A stretch of 64,000 nucleotides of DNA from an uncultured Chloroflexota bacterium (lineage in GTDB: Bacteria; Chloroflexota; UBA11872; UBA12225). Under the pieces are notes generated by a model. The model worked only from the letters and a program-made list of their open reading frames with translations, did not search any database and was not told the DNA's origin. The stretch is taken from NCBI GenBank assembly GCA_902805635.1, contig CADCTC010000018.1:48-64047 (forward strand), written 5' to 3'. Below, one piece after another: positions 1 to 9,786 of this stretch (position 1 is its first letter; each line of letters starts with the position of its first letter). The position numbers and the translations under genes are program-made.

Positions 1-3000
1 CCTGCGCACCGCCCCCGTCTCCGGCGCTGTCAGGACCCGCTGCAGGCATGCTGGTGGCTGGTGCCGCCACGGGCAGGCGCAGGCGCACCGTCGTGCCCGT
101 GCCGGGCGTGCTGTCAATCTCCAGCGTACCGCCGTGGCGCTGGACGGTGCCGTGCACCATGGCCAGCCCGAGGCCGGTGCCCGTCTCGCCCTTGGTGGTG
201 AAGAACGGCTCCAGGCAGCGCCCCCGCGTCTCCGCGTCCATGCCCGCGCCGGTATCCACCACCTCCAGCACCACAGCGGTGCCCTCCGCCCGCGTGCGGA
301 CGGTGATGACGCCGCCGCCTGGAAGCGCGTCCACGGCGTTGATAAGTAGGTTTGTAAGCGCCTCGCGCAGCTCCGGCGCGCTGCCTGCTACCGGTGGCAG
401 GTCGGAGGCAAGCTCGGTGCGCACGGCCACGGTCCTGCCCGTCGCCTGTGCGTCGTCCTTCCAGCGTGGGCGGGTGAGCTCGACCGTCTGCGCCACCACC
501 GCGGCGAGGTCCACCGGCGCAAAGGCGTCGTGCCCATCACGCTGGCGGTAGAACTCGCGCAGGCGGCGTACCACCTCGGCGGCGTCGAGCGCCCCCGCGT
601 GCAGCAGGTCCAGCCACTCCTGCTCAGGGCGGCCCAGCGTCAGTGGGCTCCCCGCAGCCGAGGCCGATCGCGCCCGTGCGAGCAGGAGCTCCGAAAAGCC
701 GACCACGGGGGCGAGCGTGTTGTTGAGGTCGTGTGCGATGCCGGCGGCGAGCTGCCCCAGCGCCTTTAGGCGCTCCTGCTGCACCAGCCGCACCTGCGCC
801 GCCCCGAGCGCCGCAAGCGCGGCGCGCAGTTGCCCCGTCGCCCGCGTCCGGGCGATGACGCTCCCCGCCTGCGACGCGAGCGCCACCGCCAGCGCCAGGT
901 GCTCGCGGGTATAGTAGCCCGGCTCGCGGTGGTCGAACTGGAGTGTCCCGATCCGCTGTCCCCCGGCATCGACCGGGACGTGGAGCGCCGACCGGCTCCC
1001 CTGCCGCGCCCGGTCCTCTCCATAGGGGTACGTCTCGCCCGCGAGCGCCCAGTAGTCCTCTACCAGCACCGCCGCGCCGCCGCCGTCGAGGAGCGTCGTA
1101 AAGCTGCCGGGGCCGGGCGAAACCGGGAGCTCCCAGCGGTGCACGCGCCCGACCTCGTCGATCCGCAGGTGCATGACGCAGGTGCCCGTCTCGGGGTCCA
1201 GCAACCGCGCCACGCACTTGTACCCGCCCACCAGGGCGTGCGCACCGGCGAGCAGCGCGCGCAGCGCCCCTTCCAGCGTTTCCGCAGCGGCCACCGCGCC
1301 CAATGTACTGGCTAGCCGTTCGGCGGCCTCAACCCGCTGCCCGCTGCTCTCCCGCAGCCGCTGCTCCGCGACCGCGCGGTCGGCGATCTCGCGCTGCGCG
1401 TCCTCGTACAGCTGTGCGTTGTGGATAGCGAGCGCCAGGTGCGCCGCTACCCCCTCCAGCAGGGCCACGCACTCAGGCGTGGTCCTGCCCGGCTCGGCGA
1501 ACGCCACGTTCAGCATCCCCCAGACCGTGCCGCCGATGGTGATGGGCACGCAGGCCAGCGAGCGAACACCACTGGCGAGGTGGCGGTCCGCCAACTCTGA
1601 CTGCATCAGGCGCGTGTCCCCAACGGTGACGGTCCTCCCGGTGCGGAGGCCGGCGGCGTTGGCGCTGGCCGCCTCGATCTGCCGCGCGCGGCCCACCGTA
1701 GTATCCGGCTCGCCGCCGGTCTGCTGCCCGACCATCACCGTCACCGTGTTCGTCACCGGGTCGTGGCGTACCACCCGGCAGCGCAGCGCATCAGCCAGGG
1801 CGAGCACTTCCGTTGTGACACGATCGAGCAGCGCGGGCAGGTCGAGCGAGCTGCTTGCGACGCGGGCGAACTCGTTCAGCAGGCGGCGCTCCTCGGCCTG
1901 GCGGCGCACTTCTCCATAGAGACGGGTGTTACGCACCGCCAGCGCCAGGTGCGCCGCTACCCCCTCCAGCAGCGCCACGCAGTCCACCGTCGCTTTGCCC
2001 GGCTCGGCGAATGCCACGTTGAGCGTTCCCCAGACAACGCCGTCCACCGCGATGGGCACAGATGCCAGCGAGCGGACGCCATCGACACGGTGGTCGCGCG
2101 CGAGGAAGGGCGGCTCTAGTAAGGTATCCGCGACGGCGACGGACCGGCCGGTCCGCACGACGCGGGTGTTGGCGCCGCCTCCGGGGGGACGATCCGCGGG
2201 CAGGTCGCCCCCGATGTCCCAGCTGTTCCCCACCCAGTGGTCGGGCGTGCCGCCGCTCGTGCGGCCCGCAAGCACGCGCAGCACGTCCGCCTCCGCCTCG
2301 TGGCGCACCACGCGGCAGCGCATGGCCCCCGTGAGCGACAGCACCTCGGCGACGACGCGGTCCAGGAGCGCCTCCAGATCCAGGGAGCTGCTTGCGACGC
2401 GGGCGAATTCGTTGAGCAGGCGGCGCTCCTCGGCCTGGCGGCGCACTTCCCCGTAGAGGCGGGCGTTGTCCAGCGCCACGCCCAGCTGCGCGGCCACGCC
2501 CTCCAGCAGCCGCACGTCGTCGTCCGTAAATGCCGCCCGTCCCGACCCGACCGTCAGCACGCCTACCAGGTGCCCGTCGCCCGCGCGCAGCGGCACCGCC
2601 GTGCTGTGCCCGAGTGAGCGCCCACCGTCCAGCCCGGCCAGCAGCGACGCGTTCTGTGGGCTGAGCGTGGCGTGCAGGTCCGGCGCCAGTGTGTCCCCCA
2701 GCGGCCCGGTGCGGACCGTCTCCTGCCGCTGAAATGCCGTGCCGGAGACGCCTTCGCCCGGCAGGAGGCGCACCTTCTTGAAGTCCGCCGCCCGCCCGAC
2801 AAAGCAGTGGGGCGCAAGCAGCCCCGTATCCGCGTCGTGCAGCAGGATCGCGGCGCTCTCCGCCTCCGGTAGCAGCTCGACCAGTGCCGCAACCGCTCCC
2901 TCCAACGGCGCGTCGAGCGTGAGGGAGGACCCGGTCCGCGCGCCCGCGGCCAGCAGAAGGCGCAGTGCGTCTACCGGTGTGGCAGCGAACCTAGGAGAAG

Positions 3001-3109
3001 CAGGAGAGGCAGAGACCACTCCCTTCGCGGCGTCTGCCGCGGCGCTACTCGACCGCAGGTGTGGGGACGTATCCCCGGCTGGACGACGCGCAGCAACCCC
3101 TAACACCAT
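1..3109 (-). CDS. Multi-GAF sensor histidine kinase (4 GAF + HisKA + HATPase_c); 3' end runs off the window
   Basis: Not in the ORF track because there is no stop in the window. Manual minus-strand translation from ATG 3109 (AAGGA upstream) gives four GAF-like units ending e.g. LLEGVAAQLGVALDNARLY, H-box ALGQLAAGIAHDLNN, and EPFFTTKGETGTGLGLAMV. A receiver domain may follow outside the window. Confidence 0.9.
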   Translation of the reverse strand, partial: MVLGVAARRPAGDTSPHLRSSSAAADAAKGVVSASPASPRFAATPVDALRLLLAAGARTGSSLTLDAPLEGAVAALVELLPEAESAAILLHDADTGLLAPHCFVGRAADFKKVRLLPGEGVSGTAFQRQETVRTGPLGDTLAPDLHATLSPQNASLLAGLDGGRSLGHSTAVPLRAGDGHLVGVLTVGSGRAAFTDDDVRLLEGVAAQLGVALDNARLYGEVRRQAEERRLLNEFARVASSSLDLEALLDRVVAEVLSLTGAMRCRVVRHEAEADVLRVLAGRTSGGTPDHWVGNSWDIGGDLPADRPPGGGANTRVVRTGRSVAVADTLLEPPFLARDHRVDGVRSLASVPIAVDGVVWGTLNVAFAEPGKATVDCVALLEGVAAHLALAVRNTRLYGEVRRQAEERRLLNEFARVASSSLDLPALLDRVTTEVLALADALRCRVVRHDPVTNTVTVMVGQQTGGEPDTTVGRARQIEAASANAAGLRTGRTVTVGDTRLMQSELADRHLASGVRSLACVPITIGGTVWGMLNVAFAEPGRTTPECVALLEGVAAHLALAIHNAQLYEDAQREIADRAVAEQRLRESSGQRVEAAERLASTLGAVAAAETLEGALRALLAGAHALVGGYKCVARLLDPETGTCVMHLRIDEVGRVHRWELPVSPGPGSFTTLLDGGGAAVLVEDYWALAGETYPYGEDRARQGSRSALHVPVDAGGQRIGTLQFDHREPGYYTREHLALAVALASQAGSVIARTRATGQLRAALAALGAAQVRLVQQERLKALGQLAAGIAHDLNNTLAPVVGFSELLLARARSASAAGSPLTLGRPEQEWLDLLHAGALDAAEVVRRLREFYRQRDGHDAFAPVDLAAVVAQTVELTRPRWKDDAQATGRTVAVRTELASDLPPVAGSAPELREALTNLLINAVDALPGGGVITVRTRAEGTAVVLEVVDTGAGMDAETRGRCLEPFFTTKGETGTGLGLAMVHGTVQRHGGTLEIDSTPGTGTTVRLRLPVAAPATSMPAAGPDSAGDGGGAQ
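1431..2450. repeat. Intragenic tandem duplication of a GAF domain (period about 510-537 bp)
   Basis: agcgccaggtgcgccgctaccccctccagcag at 1431 and 1941; gagctgcttgcgacgcgggcgaa...cagcaggcggcgctcctcggcctggcggcgcacttc-like block at 1848 and 2385. Confidence 0.85.
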
Positions 3110-3331
3110 CTTTATTCCTTGCCGGGACGCAGGAAAGGCCGGTTCCCGATAGGTTTCCCTACGCCGATGCTGCGCCCAAGGTCCTGCGCCTATGGTATGC
3201 AGGTAAGGGACACAAAGGGTCGATACCAGGACTAAAGGCTAAACGCGCTGCGCCGCAGCGCACTGCCACCTGATCCCCGGCGCCTGCGTGGTGGGGGACG
3301 CAGCCGGAACCAAGCACGGTAGGAGAGCGCG

Positions 3332-3526
3332 ATGAAGCCCATGACACTGCCGGAGACGCTGCGCACGCTGGCGGTGCGCTAACTCGCTGCATTCGAGGAG
3401 GCGCTGAGCGAACGGCCGGCGCTGCTCCGCGGCCCGGACACCATTCGGGCGCGGGAGGACAGAGAGGCGCTCGGGCTGCTGATCGAGGACTACCGTGCCG
3501 AAAGAGGGCGCTGCGTGGTCGAGTGA
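3332..3526 (+). pseudogene. Small ORF interrupted by an in-frame TAA
   Basis: AGGAG SD, then MKPMTLPETLRTLAVR*LAAFEEALSERPALL...VVE*. TAA at 3380-3382; genome-like codon usage on both sides of it. Confidence 0.4.
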
Positions 3527-3675
3527 CGCCCATCGCACGATATGCCTAGCTTTCCTCCGCCGTCGGCGCTACCATGGTGGCGCAGCGCTTCCGTGGGAGT
3601 AATTCCACTGGTTGTGCGTTCTCGTATTTAGTGCGCCCAATGAGGCGCAGCACCATGGAGGGGCATCACACGGTC

Positions 3676-5118
3676 ATGACAGCATTCACGCGGCGTACGG
3701 TCGTTGGGGCGGGAGGGGCAAGCGTCGCGGCGCTTGCATTGGCGGCATGCGGAGCGAGCACCGGCGGATCGACGGTAGGGCAAGGGCAGCAGGCCGGTGG
3801 GTCCAAGCTGGCCGGCACGATGGAGTTCTGGCAGCCGTGGCCGGTTGAGCAGCCCACGCACGGTGGCCCCATCGGCTGGAAGCAGCTTTCGGAAAACTAC
3901 AATGCCAAGGGCGGCGCGCGGATCACCATGGTGTCGCCGGCCGGTAATGCGGCCATCGAGACGCCGCTGCAGACCGCCTTCGCCGGAGGCAACCCGCCCG
4001 ACGGGTGGCAGTCGGACCAGCTGTGGGTGCCGGTGTGGGCGGCCAAGGGGTTTGCCGCGTCGCTGGACGATGTGATGAAGCGCGACAAATGGGACAAGAA
4101 CCAGATCTTCAGCTCCGCCTATGAGACGATGACGTGGTCCGGCAAAGTCTGGGCAATGATGCAGCACCCGGACATCGTCTTCAATTGGATCTCGCTCAGC
4201 CTGATGGAGGAGAACGGGCTGAACGTCCGCAATCTACCCACCACGTGGACACAGCTTGACGAGATCATGCTCAAGCTGACCAAGAAGACCGGGCCCGACC
4301 AGTTCGAGTTCGTGGGCGGTCTGCCGCACCTGTGGCAGAACTGGCAGTACGTGCTGCCACAGGCCAACGGCGCCAAGCTCATCTCCGACGACGGCCGGAA
4401 GGCGCAGCTGGACACCGCGGAGGTGGTGGAGGCGATCGAGTGGGCCAAGGGCCACCTCAAGCGAGTCGGCACCTTCGAGGCGATCAGCAACTGGCGAAAG
4501 ACGGGGGTGCAGCCGGGGGACAACCAGTCGCCAGGCGCCGAAGCGGGGACGAACGACATCTTCGGCCAGAAGAAGCTGGGCGTGAACGTCAACGGCAACT
4601 GGGCCGCGGACAACGTGCGGCGCTGGAACAAAAAGATGCAGTCGCCGCTCAAGTTCGCCACGACCGCGGTGCAGAGTGGGCCGCGTGGTCCGAAGGACAT
4701 CAAGACCAATGTCTTTTCGGGCGGCATCTTGGAGATGGCGCGCAAGGGCGGCCCCAAGCTGGACTTGATTTGGGACTTCATGAAGTACACCGCCTCCAAA
4801 GAAGGCGGCTATTGGGTGCAGTTGAACACGTCTGACGTGTGCGCCAACCGCGAAGGGGCGAAGGACCCGCGCATCATCGACAATGCCGATACCGGCGTGG
4901 GCCGTAAGGACTTTCTGCCGCTGCTTGATACAGGCGTGGGCTCCCGCACCATCAAGCACCCGGCGGCGATCGAGATCCAGGCGGAGTACAGCAAGCCGCT
5001 GACGCCATTCCTGCGCGACGAGGTGGGCAGCATCCGCGACGCCCTCAAGGAAGCCAACCGCCTGGCGCAGCAGAAGATCGACGAGTTCTGGCAGCAGAAC
5101 CCTAGCGCCGGGAAGTGA
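3676..5118 (+). CDS. Extracellular solute-binding lipoprotein, carbohydrate ABC family 1
   Basis: Twin-Arg signal TRRTVV and lipobox LAAC; AFAGGNPPD, LPTTWTQL, WDFMKY motifs; GGAGG upstream of ATG 3676. Confidence 0.88.
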   Translation: MTAFTRRTVVGAGGASVAALALAACGASTGGSTVGQGQQAGGSKLAGTMEFWQPWPVEQPTHGGPIGWKQLSENYNAKGGARITMVSPAGNAAIETPLQTAFAGGNPPDGWQSDQLWVPVWAAKGFAASLDDVMKRDKWDKNQIFSSAYETMTWSGKVWAMMQHPDIVFNWISLSLMEENGLNVRNLPTTWTQLDEIMLKLTKKTGPDQFEFVGGLPHLWQNWQYVLPQANGAKLISDDGRKAQLDTAEVVEAIEWAKGHLKRVGTFEAISNWRKTGVQPGDNQSPGAEAGTNDIFGQKKLGVNVNGNWAADNVRRWNKKMQSPLKFATTAVQSGPRGPKDIKTNVFSGGILEMARKGGPKLDLIWDFMKYTASKEGGYWVQLNTSDVCANREGAKDPRIIDNADTGVGRKDFLPLLDTGVGSRTIKHPAAIEIQAEYSKPLTPFLRDEVGSIRDALKEANRLAQQKIDEFWQQNPSAGK

Positions 5119-5190
5119 GGACTGAAGACTGAGGGGAGCCGGCCAGTACCCTTCTTGAAAGGGGTGGCAGCAAACTCAGTCCTCAGTCCT
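5118..5190. repeat. Inverted repeat made of AGGACTG-type heptamers with an inner hairpin
   Basis: aggactgaagactgag (5118-5133) pairs 15/16 with ctcagtcctcagtcct (5175-5190). Confidence 0.65.
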
Positions 5191-6525
5191 GACGCCTCGG
5201 CCCTGGTCGGCGGAGCCGGCACCGACTGGCGGCGGTCGTCCTACGGGATGGCCGCCGTCGTCTTCATCGCGTTCTTCGGGTTCAACTTCGTCCTCCCCAT
5301 CCTGCCACTGTACGTGCGGACGCTTGGGTCGGGGGACGTGGGCCAGGCGGCGCTGGTCAGCGGGCTGATGCTGGCCATCTCGCCCTTGCTGGCAGCGATC
5401 TTCTCGCCAGTGTGGGGACTGGTGGCCGACCGCTACGGGCGCAAGCGGATGGTGCAGCGCTCCCTGCTGGTGATGGTGGCCTGCACCATCCTGATGGGCT
5501 TCGTCGCACACCTTTGGCAGCTCTTCTTGCTGCGCGCCGCCATTGGCGTCTTCGGCGGCTTTACCGCGATGGCCATGGCGTACATGGTGACGGTGACGCC
5601 GCCCGAGAAGGCCACCAGCGCGTTGGGGCTGCTGCAGGCGTCCCAGGTGGGCGGTGTCATCGTCGGGCCACTCTGCGCCGGCCTGGTGGCCGACCACTGG
5701 GGCATCCGCGCGTCGTTCTTCGGCGGCGCCATCGTCGTCTTCTGCGGCTTCCTGGTGCTCACGCTGCTCACGCCTGATGACCGTGCCGCGGCGGCCTCCA
5801 GGGTGGCAGGCGATGGGCCTACGGGCGCCACAGCAAACGACCGTGAGACAGTCCAGGCGCAGCCCACGAGTGGCCCGGCCCGAACCGAAAAGTCCGGCAA
5901 TCCCCTGCGTGGCTTGGCCACGCTGGGCACTGCCGCGCGGCTGCCGGGCTTCTTCGCCGTGATGGCGGTGCTGTTCTGCGCGCAGGTGGTGGACCGCTCG
6001 TTCGGGCCAGTGCTGCCGCTCTACGTCGCGGCGCTGGGCACGCCGGAGGAGCGCGTGGCGTCGTTTGCCGGACTGGTGGTGTCGCTGGGCGCCATAGGGA
6101 CGGCCATCTCCGCCACTGTGACGGGCCGGCTAGGCGCACGCCTGCCCCTGCGCTGGCTGCTGGTAGTCACGCTGGTGGCGGGGGTGGCGCTGTGTCTGCC
6201 GATGGCGCTGGCGCAGACCCCGCTGCAGCTGTTGGTGGAGCGCACCCTGCTGGGCCTCTTTGCCGGCGGCACGCTGACGCTGGGCTACAGCCTGGCCAAC
6301 TCGCTGGTGCCGCCGGAACGCAAGGGCGCGGCGTTCGGCGTGCTCTCCAGCGTGACGCTGCTGGGTAGCGCGCTGAGCCCGCTCACCATGGGCGCGCTCT
6401 CCGCTATCGACCTGCGTGCCGTCTTCGTCGTGGACAGCGTGCTCTACGCCATCGCCCTGCTGCTGGCGCTACGGATCAAGCCAACTCGGCAGCCCGCGGT
6501 CGTGGCGGCGGTCGCGGGAGCGTAG
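5155..6525 (+). CDS. MFS transporter, DHA1/MdtG-like
   Basis: About 12 hydrophobic segments; motif A GLVADRYGRK; LPILPLYV; exact start uncertain. Confidence 0.88.
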   Translation: MKGVAANSVLSPDASALVGGAGTDWRRSSYGMAAVVFIAFFGFNFVLPILPLYVRTLGSGDVGQAALVSGLMLAISPLLAAIFSPVWGLVADRYGRKRMVQRSLLVMVACTILMGFVAHLWQLFLLRAAIGVFGGFTAMAMAYMVTVTPPEKATSALGLLQASQVGGVIVGPLCAGLVADHWGIRASFFGGAIVVFCGFLVLTLLTPDDRAAAASRVAGDGPTGATANDRETVQAQPTSGPARTEKSGNPLRGLATLGTAARLPGFFAVMAVLFCAQVVDRSFGPVLPLYVAALGTPEERVASFAGLVVSLGAIGTAISATVTGRLGARLPLRWLLVVTLVAGVALCLPMALAQTPLQLLVERTLLGLFAGGTLTLGYSLANSLVPPERKGAAFGVLSSVTLLGSALSPLTMGALSAIDLRAVFVVDSVLYAIALLLALRIKPTRQPAVVAAVAGA

Positions 6526-6562
6526 CCGCCTGGTCGGGCACCGATGGACCGCGTGACGCGCG

Positions 6563-7600
6563 TTAGCCTTCGCGCTCGATCATCTGGATGGCGCAGCGCA
6601 TCCAACCCAGCGCGTACGCCATGCCGGCATGCCACGGCGCGGCGCACTCCAGGCCGGGGGTGTGGTCCGGGATCAGGACACCATCGAAGTTGTGCTTCTT
6701 GTACAGGCGCAGCGCGCGGACCATGTCCACGTCGCCGTCGTCGATAAACATCTCGTAGTAGTTGGGGACGGTGCCCTTTACGTTGCGCAGGTGCACGTAG
6801 GCGATCTTCTGCTGGGCGGCGTAGGTGTCGATCGCCTGGTAGACGTCCATCTCGCCGGTCATCTCGGCGACGGTGCCCTGACAGAACTCGGCGGCGTTGT
6901 GGTGGCTGGGCACCAGGTCCAGCACGCGCTGGTAGATTTCCGGTTTCCAGACCAGTCGCGCGGTGCCACGCAGCTCCGGCAGCGGCGGGTCATCCGGGTG
7001 CAGCGCCAACCGCACGTTGGCCTCCTCCGCCACCGGCACCAGGTCCTTTAAGAAGCGCTCGAACCGATCCCACAGCTGCTCCTGCGTCACTCGGCCGATG
7101 TTCCCCTCCGGCGCCTGCGGGTCGTAGACGGTGTTCCAGATCATGCCGTTGGGGATGGGATCCTGGGGCGGCGCCTGGTCTTCCAGGTAGCCCACCGAGA
7201 TGGCGCCGCCCCGCGCCCACGGTCCACGGGCCCGCCCCCACACGCCCGCGAATGAGAAGTTGTAGCCCATCACCGGGATGCCGGCTCGTCCCATGTTGCG
7301 GATGATGGTCTTGAGGCCCTCCATCTGCGCGTCGCGCTGAGGGCCGTCCAGCAGCACGTCGTACCAGTGCTCGGGCTCGAAGTTCTCAGTGGCCGCCATC
7401 TCCACGCCTTCGGCGGCCATGGCGGCCTTCATGTCGCGCAGCTCCTCGTAGGTCCACACCTGCTCGGGTGGCACCGGACGCTGGCCGCGCTTGGAGAGTC
7501 CCGGCAGGTGCGCCACGATGTGCGTTGCGCCGGCCTGGCGTGCGAACCGGTAGTTCTCCTGCGTCATCAGGTGCGGGTACAACCCCAGTCCAACCTTCAT
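6563..7600 (-). CDS. uxuA: Mannonate dehydratase (UxuA) family protein
   Basis: GYNFS, LALHPDDPP, FCQGT, VHLRNV, LIPDHTP; start at MKVGLG with AGGAG SD. Confidence 0.82.
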   Translation of the reverse strand: MKVGLGLYPHLMTQENYRFARQAGATHIVAHLPGLSKRGQRPVPPEQVWTYEELRDMKAAMAAEGVEMAATENFEPEHWYDVLLDGPQRDAQMEGLKTIIRNMGRAGIPVMGYNFSFAGVWGRARGPWARGGAISVGYLEDQAPPQDPIPNGMIWNTVYDPQAPEGNIGRVTQEQLWDRFERFLKDLVPVAEEANVRLALHPDDPPLPELRGTARLVWKPEIYQRVLDLVPSHHNAAEFCQGTVAEMTGEMDVYQAIDTYAAQQKIAYVHLRNVKGTVPNYYEMFIDDGDVDMVRALRLYKKHNFDGVLIPDHTPGLECAAPWHAGMAYALGWMRCAIQMIEREG

Positions 7601-7719
7601 GCGTCTCCTGCTCCTTCGTGTCCTGAACGGCGCCGAGTATTGCACAATGGGTCGCTACCGCAGGCGAACCGCCGCCTGACGAGGCTACCGGGCCGGGCGC
7701 CCGGAACGAGGGAGAAGGA

Positions 7720-8709
7720 ATGTATCTAGGCCATCAGACGCACAGCCTCTCGGACGAGAAGCTACAGTGGATCGCGCAGCTGGGCGTAGAGCACGTCGCC
7801 TGCGAAAACCGGCAGGGGATCGAGCGCGAGGACGGCACATGGGACGTGCAGGGCATCCGCGACGCACAAGCGCGCCTCAAGAACTGGGGCATCACCATGG
7901 ACGTGCTGGCGCTGGCGCTGCCCAGCGTCATCCCTACCCGGCAGCGCTTCCCGGAGATCATCCTCGGCACGCCGGGACGCGACAAAGCGATTGAGACCAT
8001 CCAGCAGAACATCCGTACTGCCGGTGAGGCGGGGGTGCCGGCGCTCAAGTACAACCTGAACCTGATGGGCGTGGCGCGTACCCAGCGCTCGAAGGGGCGC
8101 GGCGGCGCCATGTATTCGCACTTCAACTACGACGAGTGGCCCTCCCACGACGCGCCGGAGTGGGGGCCGATGCCGGCGGAGAAGGTGTGGGACAACATCT
8201 CTTATTTTCTTGAGAAGGTGGTGCCGGTGGCGGAGGAGGCGAAGGTGAAGCTGGCCTGCCATCCGCATGACCCCGGCATCAAGGAGGGCATCCCGCTGAG
8301 CGAGCAGTACTGCGTGCTTGGCTCGGTCAACGGCCTCAAGAAGTTCATCAGCATGTTCGAGAGCCCCTACCACTGCCTGAACTTCTGCCAAGGCACCATC
8401 ACCGAGATGCTCGAGGACCCGGCCGCCGAGATCCACGACGTCATCCGCTACTTCGGCGAGCGCCAGAAGATCGTGATGGTGCACTTCCGCAACATCAAGG
8501 GGAAGGTGCACAACTTCGAAGAGGTCTACCCCGACAACGGCGACGTGGACATGCTCAAGGCGGCGCGCACGTACAAGGAAGCTGGCTTCCCCGGCATGCT
8601 CTGCCCGGACCACGTGCCGCAGTCGGCGGTGGACCAGGGCGGCGATAAGCAGTTCTCGTTCTGCCTGGGCTACATCGCCGCTGCCATCCAGGCGGCGAAC
8701 GCGAGCTAA
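7720..8709 (+). CDS. Mannonate dehydratase (UxuA) family protein, second paralog
   Basis: KYN, LACHPHDP, LNFCQGT, VHFRNI, CPDHVP. Confidence 0.82.
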   Translation: MYLGHQTHSLSDEKLQWIAQLGVEHVACENRQGIEREDGTWDVQGIRDAQARLKNWGITMDVLALALPSVIPTRQRFPEIILGTPGRDKAIETIQQNIRTAGEAGVPALKYNLNLMGVARTQRSKGRGGAMYSHFNYDEWPSHDAPEWGPMPAEKVWDNISYFLEKVVPVAEEAKVKLACHPHDPGIKEGIPLSEQYCVLGSVNGLKKFISMFESPYHCLNFCQGTITEMLEDPAAEIHDVIRYFGERQKIVMVHFRNIKGKVHNFEEVYPDNGDVDMLKAARTYKEAGFPGMLCPDHVPQSAVDQGGDKQFSFCLGYIAAAIQAANAS

Positions 8710-9611
8710 CGCTCCGAGAGGCGGCTGACCTCGTCCCGCTCGGCGGGGGTCAGCCGCCACCCGGCCGCGCGCACGTGCTCGTCTACCTGCTCCGGGGACT
8801 TGGCCCCGCACAGGCAGACAGTCATGGCGGGGTGGGCGAGCACCCACGCGATAGCGAGCTCCACCAGCGTGTGGCCGCGCTCTTGCGCCCACGCCTGCTG
8901 GCGCGCGGCGGTGGCCAGTTGGCGGCGATACTCCTCGCCCTGGAAGCGCGGCATGCGCGAGCGCTCGTCCTCCGCGGGGAATCGGTGGTCGGGGTCGTAC
9001 TTGCCGGTGAGGAGGCCCTTGGCCAGCGGGCTGTGCGCCAGCACGCCGATGCCCCTGCGCTCGCAGTAGGGTAGAATCTCGGCTTCGATCTGCCGGTCCA
9101 GCAGGTTGTAGCGCGGCTGGAGCGAGTGGAAGGGCCGCGTTGCCCAGGCGGCGGCCATCTGCTGGGCGCTGAAGTTGGAGACGCCGATGTAGCGCACCTT
9201 GCCGGCGCGCACCAGGTCGTCAAAGGCGCGCATGGTCTCGTCGATGGGGTGCTGCGCGTCCCAGGAGTGCGCCTGGAGCAGGTCCACGTAGCCGGTCCGC
9301 AGGGCGCGCAGGCTGTTTTCGGTGGCCTCCATGACGTGGGCGCGGCTGAGGTCGGCGCCGCGCACTTTGGTCGCCAAGAACACGTCCTCGCGCTTGCCGG
9401 GCCACTCGCTCAGCGCGCGGCCGATGACGTCCTCGGAGGTGCGGTACGCCTCGGCGGTGTCGATGAGCGTGACGCCGCTATCCAGCGCGTGGTGCAGGGT
9501 ACGGATGGCGGCGCGCTCGTCCACCTCCCCCATGCCGCCGCCAATGGGCCACGCGCCGAACCCGATCACCGGCAGTGCCTGCCCGTCCTTCCCCAGCCGT
9601 CTCCGTTCCAT
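8706..9611 (-). CDS. Aldo/keto reductase
   Basis: IGFGAW, DTAEAY, ATK, GKVRYIGVSNF, SPLAKGLLTGKY. Confidence 0.92.
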   Translation of the reverse strand: MERRRLGKDGQALPVIGFGAWPIGGGMGEVDERAAIRTLHHALDSGVTLIDTAEAYRTSEDVIGRALSEWPGKREDVFLATKVRGADLSRAHVMEATENSLRALRTGYVDLLQAHSWDAQHPIDETMRAFDDLVRAGKVRYIGVSNFSAQQMAAAWATRPFHSLQPRYNLLDRQIEAEILPYCERRGIGVLAHSPLAKGLLTGKYDPDHRFPAEDERSRMPRFQGEEYRRQLATAARQQAWAQERGHTLVELAIAWVLAHPAMTVCLCGAKSPEQVDEHVRAAGWRLTPAERDEVSRLSER

Positions 9612-9720
9612 GTCGCTGTCTCCTTTCGGCCTGCCTCAGCGTGCCTTGGGCAGATGGTGCCGTATGCACGGGTGCCTGCACCGACCGCCCGGGTCATGCT
9701 GCTATCCTGGTCCCAAAGCG

Positions 9721-9736
9721 CGGCATGAATAGTGCT
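9721..9736 (+). promoter_or_regulatory. Sigma54-like -24/-12 element
   Basis: CGGCATGAATAGTGCT with correct GG-N10-GC spacing, about 50 nt upstream of the small ORF at 9787. Confidence 0.4.
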
Positions 9737-9786
9737 TTACCTGTGCGCAGGGCAGCACGGGGGCTGTACCAGACAAGGACGATCCA

